Shown in pieces: positions 27,646-39,711 of a DNA stretch of 64,000 bases. The stretch is taken from contig CAVXGR010000015.1 in assembly GCA_963761335.1 (NCBI GenBank), forward strand, positions 192,001 through 256,000. The letters are read 5' to 3'. The notes beneath the pieces are model-generated. The model did no database searches. It saw only the letters and a list, made by a program, of their open reading frames with translations, and was not told the DNA's origin. Made by a program: the position numbers and the translations under genes. This DNA is from an uncultured delta proteobacterium (lineage in GTDB: Bacteria; Desulfobacterota; Binatia; HRBIN30; BPIQ01). Every line of letters starts with the position of its first letter. Position 1 is the stretch's first letter.

Positions 27646-30609
27646 ATGGCTACAGCAGCGTTTCCGCAGCAACGAGATCGAACCGACGGAGACGCCTTCT
27701 GGGTGCGGTCGCATCCCGAGTCCTGGAGCGGCAACGCCGACGTTCTCGCCGACGACCTGCGCAGCGCGCTGCGCGGGGAGGTGCGATTCGACGCCGGCGG
27801 CCGGGCGCTCTACGCCGCCGACGCCTCCAACTACCGCCAGGTGCCGATCGGGGTCGTCTACCCGGCCGGGGTCGACGACGTCTGTGCGGCCGTCGAGATC
27901 TGCCGCCACCACCGCGCGCCGCTGCTCAGCCGCGGCGGCGGCACCAGCCTGGCCGGCCAGTGCTGCAACGTCGCTGTGGTGCTCGACATGTCGCGCCACT
28001 TCAACCGCGTGCTGGCAATTGACGCCGACCGGCGGCGCGCCCGGGTCGAGCCCGGCACCGTGCTCGACACGCTGCGCGACGCAGCGGAGAAGCACCACCT
28101 CACCTTCGGACCCGACCCGTCGACGCACAACCACTGCACCCTGGGCGGCATGATCGGCAACAACTCGTGCGGCGTCCACTCGGTGATGGCCGGCCGCACG
28201 GCGGACAATGTCGACGAGCTGGAGATCCTCACCTACGACGGCCTGCGCATGCGTGTCGGTCCGACCAGCGAGGCGCAGCTGCAGGACATCCTGCGCGCTG
28301 GCGGCCGCCGCGCCGAGATCTACCGCGCCCTCGATCGACTGCAGCAGCGATACGCGCAGCTCATCCGCCGGCGCTACCCGAAGATCCCGCGCCGCGTCTC
28401 CGGCTACGATCTGAACCAGCTCCTGCCGGAGAACGGCTTCCACGTCGCGCGCGCACTGGTGGGCAGCGAAGGTACCTGCGTCACCGTGCTCGAAGCGACG
28501 CTGCGCCTGGTGCCGAGCCCGCCCGAGCGCGTGCTCCTCATCATCGGCTACCCCGACATCTACTCGGCGGCCGACCACGTCACCGAGATCACGAAGCACG
28601 AACCGATCGGCCTCGAGGGCATCGACCGCCTGCTCATCGACCACGAGCGGCAGAAGCGCCTCAACACCGAGGCACTGCCCCTGCTGCCCGACGGCGACGG
28701 CTGGCTGCTCGCCGAGTTCGGCGCCGACACGCGCGACGAGGCCGCCGAGCGCGCCCGCGAGGTGATGGCCGCGCTCGGCGGCGCCGACCCGATCACCGGT
28801 ATGCATCTCTTCGAGGATCCGGCACAGCAGGCCGAAATCTGGGACGTGCGCGAGGCCGGGCTGGGATCGACCGCCTGGGTCAAGGGCGAGCGCGATACGT
28901 GGCCGGGCTGGGAAGACAGCGCCGTACCGCCGGAGGCGCTGGGCGACTACCTGCGCGATTTCCGCGCGCTGATGCAGCGCTATCAGTACCGCGGCTCCTT
29001 CTACGGACATTTCGGCCAGGGCTGTTTGCACACGCGCATCACGTTCGACCTCACCAGCGCCGACGGCATCCGCCATTACCGCGCCTTCGTCGACGATGCG
29101 GCGAATATGGTGGTGCGCTACGGTGGCTCGTTCTCGGGTGAGCACGGCGACGGCCAGTCGCGCGCCGAGCTGCTGCCGAAGATGTACGGTCCCGAGCTGT
29201 GCGAGGCATTTCGCGAGTTCAAGTCGATCTGGGATCCCGACGACCGGATGAATCCGGGCAAGGTGAGCAATCCGCATCCGATCACCAGCGATCTGCGCCT
29301 CGGCGCCGACTATCGGCCGTGGGAGCCGCGGACGCATTTCCGGTACCCGGAGGATCAGTTCAAGTTCTCGCGCGCCGCGCTGCGCTGCGTCGGTGTCGGC
29401 AAATGCCGCCGCGAGGCCGGCGGCGTGATGTGCCCGAGCTACATGGTGACGCGCGACGAGCAGCACTCGACGCGCGGGCGCGCGCACCTGCTGTTCGAGA
29501 TGCTGCGGGGCGAGCCGCTGCGCAACGGCTGGCGCGACGACTCCGTCAAGCAGGCCCTCGACCTCTGCCTCGCCTGCAAGGGGTGCAAGAGCGACTGCCC
29601 GGTCAACGTCGACATGGCGACTTACAAGGCCGAGTTCCTGTCGCACTACTACCACCACCGGTTGCGTCCGGCCCCCGCCTACACCATGGGTCTCATCTAC
29701 TGGTGGGCGCGTCTGGCGTCGGTGGTGCCTCGCTTCGCCAATCTCGTCGCCCACGCGCCCGCTCTCGGCAGCGCGCTCAAGTGGCTCGGCGGCATCGCCC
29801 CCGAGCGCGACACGCCCTCGTTCGCCGAGCAGACCTTTCGCAGCTGGTTTCGCCGCCACCCCCGTCCCGACGGCGGCGGCCAGCGCGTATTGTTGTGGCC
29901 CGACACGTTCACCAACTTCCTCCAGCCCCGCATCCCGCGCGCCGCCGTCGAGGTCCTCGAGGCGCACGGCTTCCGGGTCGACATCCCGCGCCGCGTTCTC
30001 TGCTGTGGTCGGCCACTGTACGACTACGGCATGCTCGATCTGGCGTCGCGCCAGCTACGCCAGATCCTCGGCACCCTGCGCGACGAGATCGACGCCGGGA
30101 TTCCCATCGTCGGACTGGAACCGAGCTGCGTGGCGACGTTCCGCGACGAGCTGGTCAATCTCTTCCCGCACGACGCGCGCGCCAAACGGCTGAGCGAACA
30201 GGTCGTCACCTTGAGCGAGCTTCTCGCTCGCGAAGGCGAATCCCTGCGGCTGCCGCGCCTTGAGCGCAAGGCCATCGTACAGGCGCACTGCCACCACCGT
30301 TCGGTGCTCGGTTTCGACGTCGAGCAGAATCTCCTGCGGCGCCTCGGGCTCGATCTCTCGGTACCGAATTCGGGCTGTTGCGGTATGGCGGGGTCGTTCG
30401 GGTTCGAGAAGGACAAGTACGACGTCTCGATCGCCTGCGGCGAGCGCGCGCTCCTGCCGGCCGTGCGCGCCAGCGGCGCGGACACGCTGCTGATCGCCGA
30501 CGGCTTCAGCTGCCGGGAGCAGATCCTGCAGACCACCGGCCGCCGGGCCCTGCACTTCGCCGAGGTGATGCGCCTCGCCCAGCAGGGGGCGTCGGCGCCG
30601 AGCCGCTGA
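27646..30609 (+). CDS. FAD-linked oxidase/Fe-S fused oxidoreductase (GlcD-GlpC type)
   Basis: RGGGTSLAGQ, GGMIGNNSCG, GEHGDG, CVGVGKC, CLACKGCKSDCP, CCG domains. Confidence 0.92.
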   Translation: MATAAFPQQRDRTDGDAFWVRSHPESWSGNADVLADDLRSALRGEVRFDAGGRALYAADASNYRQVPIGVVYPAGVDDVCAAVEICRHHRAPLLSRGGGTSLAGQCCNVAVVLDMSRHFNRVLAIDADRRRARVEPGTVLDTLRDAAEKHHLTFGPDPSTHNHCTLGGMIGNNSCGVHSVMAGRTADNVDELEILTYDGLRMRVGPTSEAQLQDILRAGGRRAEIYRALDRLQQRYAQLIRRRYPKIPRRVSGYDLNQLLPENGFHVARALVGSEGTCVTVLEATLRLVPSPPERVLLIIGYPDIYSAADHVTEITKHEPIGLEGIDRLLIDHERQKRLNTEALPLLPDGDGWLLAEFGADTRDEAAERAREVMAALGGADPITGMHLFEDPAQQAEIWDVREAGLGSTAWVKGERDTWPGWEDSAVPPEALGDYLRDFRALMQRYQYRGSFYGHFGQGCLHTRITFDLTSADGIRHYRAFVDDAANMVVRYGGSFSGEHGDGQSRAELLPKMYGPELCEAFREFKSIWDPDDRMNPGKVSNPHPITSDLRLGADYRPWEPRTHFRYPEDQFKFSRAALRCVGVGKCRREAGGVMCPSYMVTRDEQHSTRGRAHLLFEMLRGEPLRNGWRDDSVKQALDLCLACKGCKSDCPVNVDMATYKAEFLSHYYHHRLRPAPAYTMGLIYWWARLASVVPRFANLVAHAPALGSALKWLGGIAPERDTPSFAEQTFRSWFRRHPRPDGGGQRVLLWPDTFTNFLQPRIPRAAVEVLEAHGFRVDIPRRVLCCGRPLYDYGMLDLASRQLRQILGTLRDEIDAGIPIVGLEPSCVATFRDELVNLFPHDARAKRLSEQVVTLSELLAREGESLRLPRLERKAIVQAHCHHRSVLGFDVEQNLLRRLGLDLSVPNSGCCGMAGSFGFEKDKYDVSIACGERALLPAVRASGADTLLIADGFSCREQILQTTGRRALHFAEVMRLAQQGASAPSR

Positions 30610-30621
30610 GGGAGGCTTCCG

Positions 30622-31143
30622 ATGCAGCACCTACACGACGCCTTCTACCTCCTCTTCGGGGGCAACGTCGCGGGCGCGCATCTCAACTCCCTGCAGATGA
30701 TCGGCCGCGCCACGGTCATTTACGTCGCCGGCCTCGTGGTCGTGCGGGTCGGCAAGGACCGTCTGCTCGGGCGCAGTACGGCCTTCGACATCGTGCTCGG
30801 ATTCATCCTCGGCTCGATGCTGAGCCGCGCCATCAACGGCGCGGCTCAGCTGCTGGAGACGCTCGTCGCCGCCGTCGTCCTCGTCGCCCTGCACTGGGTG
30901 TTCGCGCATTTCGCACGTCAATCCGATGCAGTCGCCTGGGCGGTGAAAGGCAAGCACGTCGTGTTGGTCCGCAGTGGAGTCATCGAGCAGCGCAACCTGC
31001 GCGCCGCCGAGATCACGCGCGACGACCTCGAAGAGGAGCTGCGCCTCGGCGCTCACATCGACGACATCCGCGACGTCGAGCTCGCCTGCCTCGAGCGCAA
31101 CGGCCGGATCAGCATCGTGACACGGCTGGGCGCGACGTCCTGA
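30622..31143 (+). CDS. DUF421/YetF-like membrane protein
   Basis: TAFDIVLGFILGS, DLEEELR, LERNGRIS. Confidence 0.85.
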   Translation: MQHLHDAFYLLFGGNVAGAHLNSLQMIGRATVIYVAGLVVVRVGKDRLLGRSTAFDIVLGFILGSMLSRAINGAAQLLETLVAAVVLVALHWVFAHFARQSDAVAWAVKGKHVVLVRSGVIEQRNLRAAEITRDDLEEELRLGAHIDDIRDVELACLERNGRISIVTRLGATS

Positions 31144-31284
31144 GAAGAAGCTTCTCACCGCAGTGACGCGGAGACGCAGAGAAGTCGGGGCCGCGGCTGC
31201 CGCTGGGAGCGAAGCCAGCGGCGGCCGCCTCTGCTCTTTGACAGCGACTTGCGACCGGGCCGGCCGCGCTCCCCGACGCCGCCG

Positions 31285-31647
31285 CTACGCAGACTTGATC
31301 TTCGGCACGCGCCAGCGCTCGAAGAGGCGGGCGCCGCGGGTCTTGCTGGCCTTCAGGTCTTCCAGGTAGACGGTGACCTCTTCGTAGAGCGCCTGCACGT
31401 CGACGCCCATGGCCGCGGGGAGGTAATCCTCCAGCTCCAGCAGGCAGTGCTGCAGGAGATTGGTGGTGCCGTGGCCGCCGCCGCGGTTCATATGCAGGTG
31501 CAGGGCGACGGTCAGGCGCAGCAGCGCCTGCACGAAGGTCTTGTCCTTGTCCTCGGCGTCGTGCCAGACCTGCTCCAGACGCTCCTGGCTGGCGAAGTAG
31601 TCCCGGCGGTTGAACAGCTCGATGGCTTCGTCGAATCGCGGATCCAT
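31285..31647 (-). CDS. DUF309 protein
   Basis: FDEAIELFNRRDYF..QE.LEQVW. Confidence 0.75.
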   Translation of the reverse strand: MDPRFDEAIELFNRRDYFASQERLEQVWHDAEDKDKTFVQALLRLTVALHLHMNRGGGHGTTNLLQHCLLELEDYLPAAMGVDVQALYEEVTVYLEDLKASKTRGARLFERWRVPKIKSA

Positions 31648-31785
31648 GGGCGAGAAGCCAGTGTAGCACCCCCGTCACGGGGAAAAACTGACTTCCCCCT
31701 GTTGCCGGTGGGGTGCCCAAATGGTAAGAGACCTCGATTCTGCTGTTTTCCCTTAACCTCCACGCCAGGAGCCTGCCCCAGCCGA

Positions 31786-32517
31786 ATGAGTACCCAGATG
31801 ATTGAGAAGCCCCGGTCGCGCGCGGCCACCGCCGCGGAGACGTTTGGCCTTGCCGAAACGGAGCGCGTCCAGGAAGGAATCGGTGCCAAGCGGATCAACC
31901 AGATCCTGGCACTGGTGGATCGCATCCATCAGCGTATGGACTTCCGCTGCCCGCCGCTGCGCTTCGAGGACTTTCTCGCTCACTTCGACTCGTACAGCGT
32001 CTTCGAGACGGACCTGCCGCAGGGTACCGACGGCCGCGTCTCCATGGCGGCGGACGGGCAGAAGCGGATCTACCTGCGCCGCGACAATCCGCGGCCGCTG
32101 CTGCGCCTGGCCCTGGCACACGAGATCATCCACGCCGAGCTGCACCTGGCAGCCGGCCGCACCGTCGAGATCGACGGCTGCCGTGTCGGCGAGCACCGGC
32201 CGGACGGGAGTCTCGAGGTTGCCGAGCGCGAGGCCGAGTTCGGCGCTGCCGCGCTCTTGATGCCGCTCTGGATGGTCTCGCGCTACGTCCCCCGCGTCGG
32301 CGTGGCTTCCGAGCGCGGCGTGCGAGATCTGGCCCGCATGTTTCGCGTGACCGACGCGGTGGTGCGCACGCAGCTGACCTATTGGGACGCGATCGGCGAG
32401 CCTCTTTCCCCGGGGGAAGGGCCCTGGAGTCATTCGTCGTGGATGGAGAGCACTTCCGTCTGCGGAAGGCTCGACCGCCTGACGGCCGGGCGCGCTCCCG
32501 CAGTGCGCGCTCGCTGA
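31786..32517 (+). CDS. ImmA/IrrE-family metallopeptidase
   Basis: LAHEIIH (HExxH), EREAEFGAAALLMP, LARMFRVT. Confidence 0.8.
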   Translation: MSTQMIEKPRSRAATAAETFGLAETERVQEGIGAKRINQILALVDRIHQRMDFRCPPLRFEDFLAHFDSYSVFETDLPQGTDGRVSMAADGQKRIYLRRDNPRPLLRLALAHEIIHAELHLAAGRTVEIDGCRVGEHRPDGSLEVAEREAEFGAAALLMPLWMVSRYVPRVGVASERGVRDLARMFRVTDAVVRTQLTYWDAIGEPLSPGEGPWSHSSWMESTSVCGRLDRLTAGRAPAVRAR

Positions 32518-32542
32518 GCGGCGCCGCGGCCGCCGGGGCCGC

Positions 32543-33706
32543 ATGAAGGTCGCCTACTTCGACGCCTTCTCCGGGATCAGCGGCGACATGGTGGTCGGTG
32601 CGCTGGTCGCCGCCGGCGTGCCCATCGACCACCTGCGCGAGGGGCTCGGCCGCCTCGATCTGCACGGCTACTCGGTGACCGCGACGCCGCTTCAGGTGCG
32701 CGGCATCGCCGCGATCAAGTTCGACGTGCACCTCGAGGATGCCGCCCATACCCACCGGCGCCACGCCGACATCAGCGCTCTGATCGAGGGCAGCCGCCTC
32801 GAGCTCGGCGTGAAGCAGATGGCGCTGCGCATCTTTGCGCTTCTCGCCCAGGCGGAAGGCCGCGTCCACGGCGTGGACGCCGGGGAAGTGACCTTTCACG
32901 AGATCGGCGCCGTGGACTCGATCGTCGACATCGTCGCCGCGGCGATCGGCTTCAGCACCCTCGGCATCGAGCGCGCCTTCGTCTCGGCTCTGCCCGGCGG
33001 CTCGGGAATGGTTGCCTCGCAGCACGGCCCGCTCCCGGTGCCGGCGCCGGCGACCGTCGAGCTGCTGCGCGGCTTTGCGCTGCGTCTCGGTGATGGTGAG
33101 GGCGAGCTGGTGACCCCGACGGGCGCCGCCATTGTCGCCGCCCTGGCGGCGCCGGGCCCGCCGCCGCCGCTGCGAGTGATCGCCGTCGGCTGCGGCGCCG
33201 GCAGCCGCAGCCTCGCCGATCGGCCAAACCTCCTGCGTCTGATGGTCGGCGAGGTCGAGGCGGCACTCGAGCGCGATCAGGTCGCCATCATCGAAACCAA
33301 CATCGACGACAGCAGCCCGGAGATCTACGATTTCGTGTTCGAGCGCCTCTTTGCCGCCGGGGCTCTCGACGTCTCCCTCGCCGCCGTGCAGATGAAGAAG
33401 AACCGGCCGGGGACGCTGCTGCGGGTCATCTGTGCGCCGGCGGATCGGCAACGGCTGGGGGAGATCGTTCTGACCGAGACGTCGGCCATTGGGATTCGAT
33501 CGTTTCTGGCCGAGCGCCTGAAGCTGCCGCGGGAGATTCGCGAGGTGAGCACCGAGTACGGTCCGGTGCGGGTCAAGATGTCACGCAGCCCGGACGGCAC
33601 CCTTCATGCTGCCCCCGAGTACGACGACTGCGCTCGCATCGCCCGCGCCCGCGGCGTGGCCCTCAAGCTCGTCTACGCCGCGGCCGTGCGCGACGCGGTG
33701 CGGTAA
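32543..33706 (+). CDS. larC: Nickel pincer cofactor biosynthesis protein LarC
   Basis: YFDAFSGISGDM, FHEIGAVDSIVD, HGPLPVPAPAT, ELVTPTG, ETNIDD, MKKNRPG, PEYDD. Confidence 0.95.
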   Translation: MKVAYFDAFSGISGDMVVGALVAAGVPIDHLREGLGRLDLHGYSVTATPLQVRGIAAIKFDVHLEDAAHTHRRHADISALIEGSRLELGVKQMALRIFALLAQAEGRVHGVDAGEVTFHEIGAVDSIVDIVAAAIGFSTLGIERAFVSALPGGSGMVASQHGPLPVPAPATVELLRGFALRLGDGEGELVTPTGAAIVAALAAPGPPPPLRVIAVGCGAGSRSLADRPNLLRLMVGEVEAALERDQVAIIETNIDDSSPEIYDFVFERLFAAGALDVSLAAVQMKKNRPGTLLRVICAPADRQRLGEIVLTETSAIGIRSFLAERLKLPREIREVSTEYGPVRVKMSRSPDGTLHAAPEYDDCARIARARGVALKLVYAAAVRDAVR

Positions 33707-33925
33707 CCGCATCTGGGAGCGCGGCCGTCCCGGCCGCAAGTGGATGTCAGAGAGCGGAGGTGGCCAAGCTGGCGGCCCTCCCAAGGGGCGCCGCGCGTCG
33801 GCCTCGAGCTGCGTCTCCGCAGTCCGGGACGTGCGCTGGCCGCCTCCTCCAGAGACGATGACCGGGAGGCGCGGGCCGGGCCTGCTGGTGGCATGATAGT
33901 TGGGTGCCCGAGGGCCCGGAGGGAA

Positions 33926-34555
33926 ATGATGAGCCATTCAGCAACCCCGCTCGGCGACACGCTCGCCAGGTGGCGGGCGGCATTGAAAGGGGCGGCGTAC
34001 TCCGGTTTCGGCCGGGATCGCTGGCAGCATCCGGACGAGGTGATCGCCGCGCTGCAGATTGCGAAAGGGTCGTCGATCGCCGAGATCGGACCGGGAGGCG
34101 GGTATTTCACCTTTCGCCTGGCGGCCGCCACAGGGCCGGCGGGCAAGGTCTACGCCGCCGACGCCGACGCGGACCTGGTTGCCGACATCGCCGCCCGCGC
34201 ATCCCTGGATGGTGCCGGCAACGTCGAAGCAATTCTCGCCGACGGCGCCGATCCCCAGCTCCCGGTGAACGACATCGACCTGGTGTTCACCAGCAATGCC
34301 TACCATCACCTCTCGGGGCGCACCGCCTATTTTCGTCGCCTGCGCCGCCATCTGAAGCCGGATGGGCGCGTCGCCATCATCGACAGCAACGGTGGTGGCT
34401 GGCTGCACAAGCTCTTCGGTCACTGGACGTCCCGCGAAGTGATCGAGGCCGAGATGCGTGCTGCCGGCTACCGTCTCGAGGAGGCGCACGCGGTGGTTGC
34501 CGAGCAGCATTTCCTCGTCTTCCGCGCCGAGCCGCGGGGCGAGCCGGCTCAATGA
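33926..34555 (+). CDS. Class I SAM-dependent methyltransferase
   Basis: RDRWQHPDEV, IAEIGPGGGYF, YHHL. Confidence 0.85.
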   Translation: MMSHSATPLGDTLARWRAALKGAAYSGFGRDRWQHPDEVIAALQIAKGSSIAEIGPGGGYFTFRLAAATGPAGKVYAADADADLVADIAARASLDGAGNVEAILADGADPQLPVNDIDLVFTSNAYHHLSGRTAYFRRLRRHLKPDGRVAIIDSNGGGWLHKLFGHWTSREVIEAEMRAAGYRLEEAHAVVAEQHFLVFRAEPRGEPAQ

Positions 34556-36552
34556 TGCGCTTCGGCCGGCGCTGATGTCCGCTCCGGCCGCGGGATCGAG
34601 TCAGCCGGGATGTGGCATACGGCGAGGTCCCAGCGCCGGTCGTCAGGGTCGCGGAGCATCTCGCACGAGGAGCCGGTGTAGAGCTTCTCCACGTCGCGGA
34701 GCATGCGCAGGTTGGTGTAGGGACGCTCGATCAGCAGCAGCACGTCGCGGTTGGGCGGCGGCAGGATCCGGAAGGGCAGCGCCTGATCGGGGTGGGTGAG
34801 GATGCGGCCCTGGAGCCAACGCGGCTTGATCCAGTCGTAATCGTTGTGGGTGAAGAAGTTGGTGAGGATCGGCGTGAGGAAATAGATGTACTCGCCGCGA
34901 TAGTGATCCTTCAGGTAGAACGCCGCCACCGTGTACTCATTGCGATGCCAGGCGCGCACCGAGCGGCTGCCGGCGAGCTCGCGGAACAGGAAGTTGTAGT
35001 TCCACGCCCCGGCGGACAGGGCGACGAGTACCAGCAGCAGGCGGAACGGACGCGTCCGGCCGTATTCGGCGGCGAGATCGCCGAGCTTCTGCGCGATCAG
35101 CGCCGTGAAGGCGAAGGTGAACGGAATCAGCATCGCCAGGCGGCGGAAGTCGAGGCTCTGCACCACGGTGGTGGACATCAGTGCCAGGAAGAGGAAGGTC
35201 AGGCCGAAGAAGAGGTGATGCTTCTGGCGGAAGCGCAGCAGTGTCGTCCCCAAGCCGAGCACGAAGAGAACGCCGGTGAAGGGGTCGAGCAAGGGCTTCA
35301 CCTGGATGTTCAGGGAGGGGAAGAAGGCGCCGTGGTCCCAGCGCGTGAAGGCGTCCGCCGAGTCGCGGATGCGCTCCAGGCGCAGCTGGATGAAGTGCAG
35401 CGGATCGCTGGTGTAGTAGGTGGTGTTGTCCAGCGAGCGACCCATCGCCTCGGTGTACGCCTCGACCCCGCCGCGCTGCAGCAGGTGGACGAGCGGCGGC
35501 ACGAACAGCGCCAGCACTGCCGTGAACAGCAGGATGCGGCGCCACTCGGCAGCGGTGCGGCGCGTCCACAGCCCGTGCGCGGTGAGAAAGAGCAAGGAGA
35601 TGAGCGCCGTGCCGCGGTAGCCGGCATAGTCGTAAAGGGTGTAGCCGCAGAGCGCTCCGAGAGCGACGTAGTACGACGGGCGGGGCTCGTCGCGAGTGCG
35701 CAGGAGGAGGTAGAGGACGATGGTGAAGGGGAACAGCGGCGCATAGACGTCCTCGTTGTACCAGCTGACCTGCACATGCCAGCGGGATACGGCGAGCAGG
35801 GCCGTTGCCAGCAGCGCCGCGGGAGTCTCGGCGATCTCGCGCGCCAGCAGGTAGAAGACGATGAGCGTCAGCCAGCCGAGCACCATCACCGGTACCCGCA
35901 GGGCATTCATCGAGTAGCCGAAGAGGTGGAAGGACGCCGCCGCCAGGTACTGGGGAAGCGGCCACTCCCAGGGGCGCATGCCGTAGCGGAGGATCATCCA
36001 GCCGGCGGTGCCCCGCTGTGTCTCCTCGACGGAAGAGAAGCCGGTCGGCGGCGGGAAGGTGCCCAACGTGGCGAACCGATAGATGAATCCGACGGCGAGG
36101 ATGGCGGCCAACAGCTGCAGGTCGCGCCGGCGCAGCAGCCCTGCGGCCCGGGCGAGTCTCGGCCGCCAGCGGTCGCCGTAGCCGGCGGTCAGATCGAGAC
36201 CCAGCCCCAGCGCCAGGAGCGCCGGCGGCCCGACCGCCAGGACGCGGAACAGCAGCGCGTCCCAGCTCTCCACCAGCCACCAGGTGCAGAGGATGGAGAC
36301 GGCGCCGCCGGCCAGGGCCAGGACTGCGCCGCCCCAGAAGACCAGCCGCCTGGGAGACGAGGCCGGCGCCGCTGGCGGCGGTACGGCGTCTCGCCGCGGC
36401 AGAGCCAGGGCCAGGAGCAGGACGGCGGCGAGGTCCAGGGCGAAGGGGAGCGGGGTGTGATAATCGCGCAGCTTGATGATCTGAGACACTACGGCCACCG
36501 CCAGACCGAGAGCGACGAGGCCGAGCCTTTTCAGCGAACGCGAGAGTTGCAC
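34549..36552 (-). CDS. GT39/ArnT-like polytopic membrane glycosyltransferase
   Basis: Many TM segments; FSSVEE, FGYS.NALR, LLAVSRWHV. Confidence 0.7.
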   Translation of the reverse strand: MQLSRSLKRLGLVALGLAVAVVSQIIKLRDYHTPLPFALDLAAVLLLALALPRRDAVPPPAAPASSPRRLVFWGGAVLALAGGAVSILCTWWLVESWDALLFRVLAVGPPALLALGLGLDLTAGYGDRWRPRLARAAGLLRRRDLQLLAAILAVGFIYRFATLGTFPPPTGFSSVEETQRGTAGWMILRYGMRPWEWPLPQYLAAASFHLFGYSMNALRVPVMVLGWLTLIVFYLLAREIAETPAALLATALLAVSRWHVQVSWYNEDVYAPLFPFTIVLYLLLRTRDEPRPSYYVALGALCGYTLYDYAGYRGTALISLLFLTAHGLWTRRTAAEWRRILLFTAVLALFVPPLVHLLQRGGVEAYTEAMGRSLDNTTYYTSDPLHFIQLRLERIRDSADAFTRWDHGAFFPSLNIQVKPLLDPFTGVLFVLGLGTTLLRFRQKHHLFFGLTFLFLALMSTTVVQSLDFRRLAMLIPFTFAFTALIAQKLGDLAAEYGRTRPFRLLLVLVALSAGAWNYNFLFRELAGSRSVRAWHRNEYTVAAFYLKDHYRGEYIYFLTPILTNFFTHNDYDWIKPRWLQGRILTHPDQALPFRILPPPNRDVLLLIERPYTNLRMLRDVEKLYTGSSCEMLRDPDDRRWDLAVCHIPADSIPRPERTSAPAEAHH

Positions 36553-36982
36553 CGCGTCTGGCTTCTTTCATTGTCGGCCGTCCGGTTCAAGACACCCATC
36601 GGTCTAGCAGTGTCCTGATTTCCCCAGTGTCAGACGTTGAGAGGTGCAATTGGGTAGTCATTCGAGTCGTTGCGGGCGTGGAACCCCTCTCCCGCATTGC
36701 CTGCGGGAGAGGGCTGGGGTGAGGGTGCCGATCTCTTTGAACGCCGCGAATATCCACGAGCTTTCAGTGAGAAAGGGACCCCTCTCCTCAATCCTCTCCC
36801 CGCCGAGAAGATGCGGGGAGAGGGAGCTTGCGGACGCGGCGCGCGGAAACAGGTGCAGACGTCGAATCAGGACACTACCGGTGGTCTCGCGGCGCAGCAC
36901 CGGGGCTGCGGTCGCAGCCGGAGGCGTGCGGAATCGGAGCGATTTTTGCGCTTTTGCGGGCAAAGGGCGGTCGTGTAGAATC

Positions 36983-36998
36983 TGGCACGGGACTGGCT
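36983..36998 (+). promoter_or_regulatory. Sigma54-type promoter upstream of HK-RR-pspA
   Basis: TGGCACGGGACTGGCT with correct GG/GC spacing. Confidence 0.6.
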
Positions 36999-37025
36999 AC
37001 TGTCAGCTTCGGCACTCGAGCGAGA

Positions 37026-38267
37026 ATGGCACTCTTCGGATTCTTCATCGCACTGATCCTCTTCTTCCACTACAAGCGGCGGCTGCATGCCTACCGCCGC
37101 CGCTATCGGCTCGACGAGGACAGCGTGAGCTGCAGCGGCGCCGTGAGCTGGCACGACCAGTGGCAGCGACAGTGGGCGGACAAGTTCCAGAAGCAGGCGG
37201 AGCACCGCAAGCGCCACATCGAGCGACACGCCCAGCGCCATCTGCGCCAGCTCGAGCGCAAGGCGCGCAAGTTCGGCTTCTCGATTGCGCCGAACGGCGC
37301 CGGAGCGGATACGCCGAGCCCGGACGATCCGGATGCGGCGCTCCTCTGGCGGGCCCGCCGCCGCGCCGCCGCCGAGGCGGGCTTCTACACGCACCTGATG
37401 AGCTATCTCGGGGTCATGGCCTTCCTGGCTCTCATCAATCTGCTCACCACCAGCTATCCCTGGTTCGTCTGGCCGGCGCTCGGCTGGGGCATCGGCCTCT
37501 TCTCGCACTACATGGCGGTGTTCGGCTCGCGGGCTGTCAAGGAGCGCTACTTCGAGCCGGCGGTGGAGCGCGAGGTGCGACGCGAGCGCGTCGCCATGCA
37601 CACGGAGAAGCAGGCGAGCATCGACGAGCTCTCCTCGACGATCGCTCACGAGATCCGCAACCCGATTGCCGCCGCCAAGAGCCTGGTGCAGCAGATGGGG
37701 GAGGACCCGACCTCGGTGGAGAACGTCGAGTACGCGCACGTGGCGCTGGAGGAGCTCGATCGCGTCGAGCGCCGCATCTCGCATCTCCTCAAGTACGCCA
37801 AGGAGGAGGACTACACCTTCGAGCCGGTGAACCTGGCCGCCGTGGTCGACTCGGCACTGACGCAGATGCGCGCCAAGCTGGAGGCGGCCAAGGTCGGCGT
37901 GGTGCGCAACTACATCGGCGGACCGACGGTGGTCGTCGACGGCGAGAAGCTGAAGCAGGTTTTCGCCAACATTCTCGACAACGCCATCGACGCCCTCGAC
38001 GGCGTCGCCGAGGGCCGGCGTATCGAGGTGTTCATCAGCAATGGCGGGCGCGGCGCTGTGGTGCGCATGCGCGACAACGGCACCGGCATTCCCGCCGAGA
38101 AGATCGACCGGATCTTCAACCCCTTCTTCACCACCAAGGAAAAGGGAACCGGTCTCGGCATGGCGATCTCCAAGAAGATCGTCGAGGCCCACGAGGGCTC
38201 GATCGACGTGGTCAGCGAGCAGGGACACGGCGCCGAGTTCGTGGTGAGCCTGCCGTTGCCGCACTGA
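37026..38267 (+). CDS. Histidine kinase with 2TM sensor domain
   Basis: GFYTHL..YL....WFVWPALGWGIGL.H; IAHEIRNP, NAIDA, DNGTG, FNPFFTTK, GTGLG. Confidence 0.92.
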   Translation: MALFGFFIALILFFHYKRRLHAYRRRYRLDEDSVSCSGAVSWHDQWQRQWADKFQKQAEHRKRHIERHAQRHLRQLERKARKFGFSIAPNGAGADTPSPDDPDAALLWRARRRAAAEAGFYTHLMSYLGVMAFLALINLLTTSYPWFVWPALGWGIGLFSHYMAVFGSRAVKERYFEPAVEREVRRERVAMHTEKQASIDELSSTIAHEIRNPIAAAKSLVQQMGEDPTSVENVEYAHVALEELDRVERRISHLLKYAKEEDYTFEPVNLAAVVDSALTQMRAKLEAAKVGVVRNYIGGPTVVVDGEKLKQVFANILDNAIDALDGVAEGRRIEVFISNGGRGAVVRMRDNGTGIPAEKIDRIFNPFFTTKEKGTGLGMAISKKIVEAHEGSIDVVSEQGHGAEFVVSLPLPH

Positions 38268-38289
38268 GGCGCATGGCCGAGGTGGAACC

Positions 38290-39687
<1,398 letters not shown>

Positions 39688-39711
39688 GCGGGTCGTGCAG
39701 AGGAGATTCTC

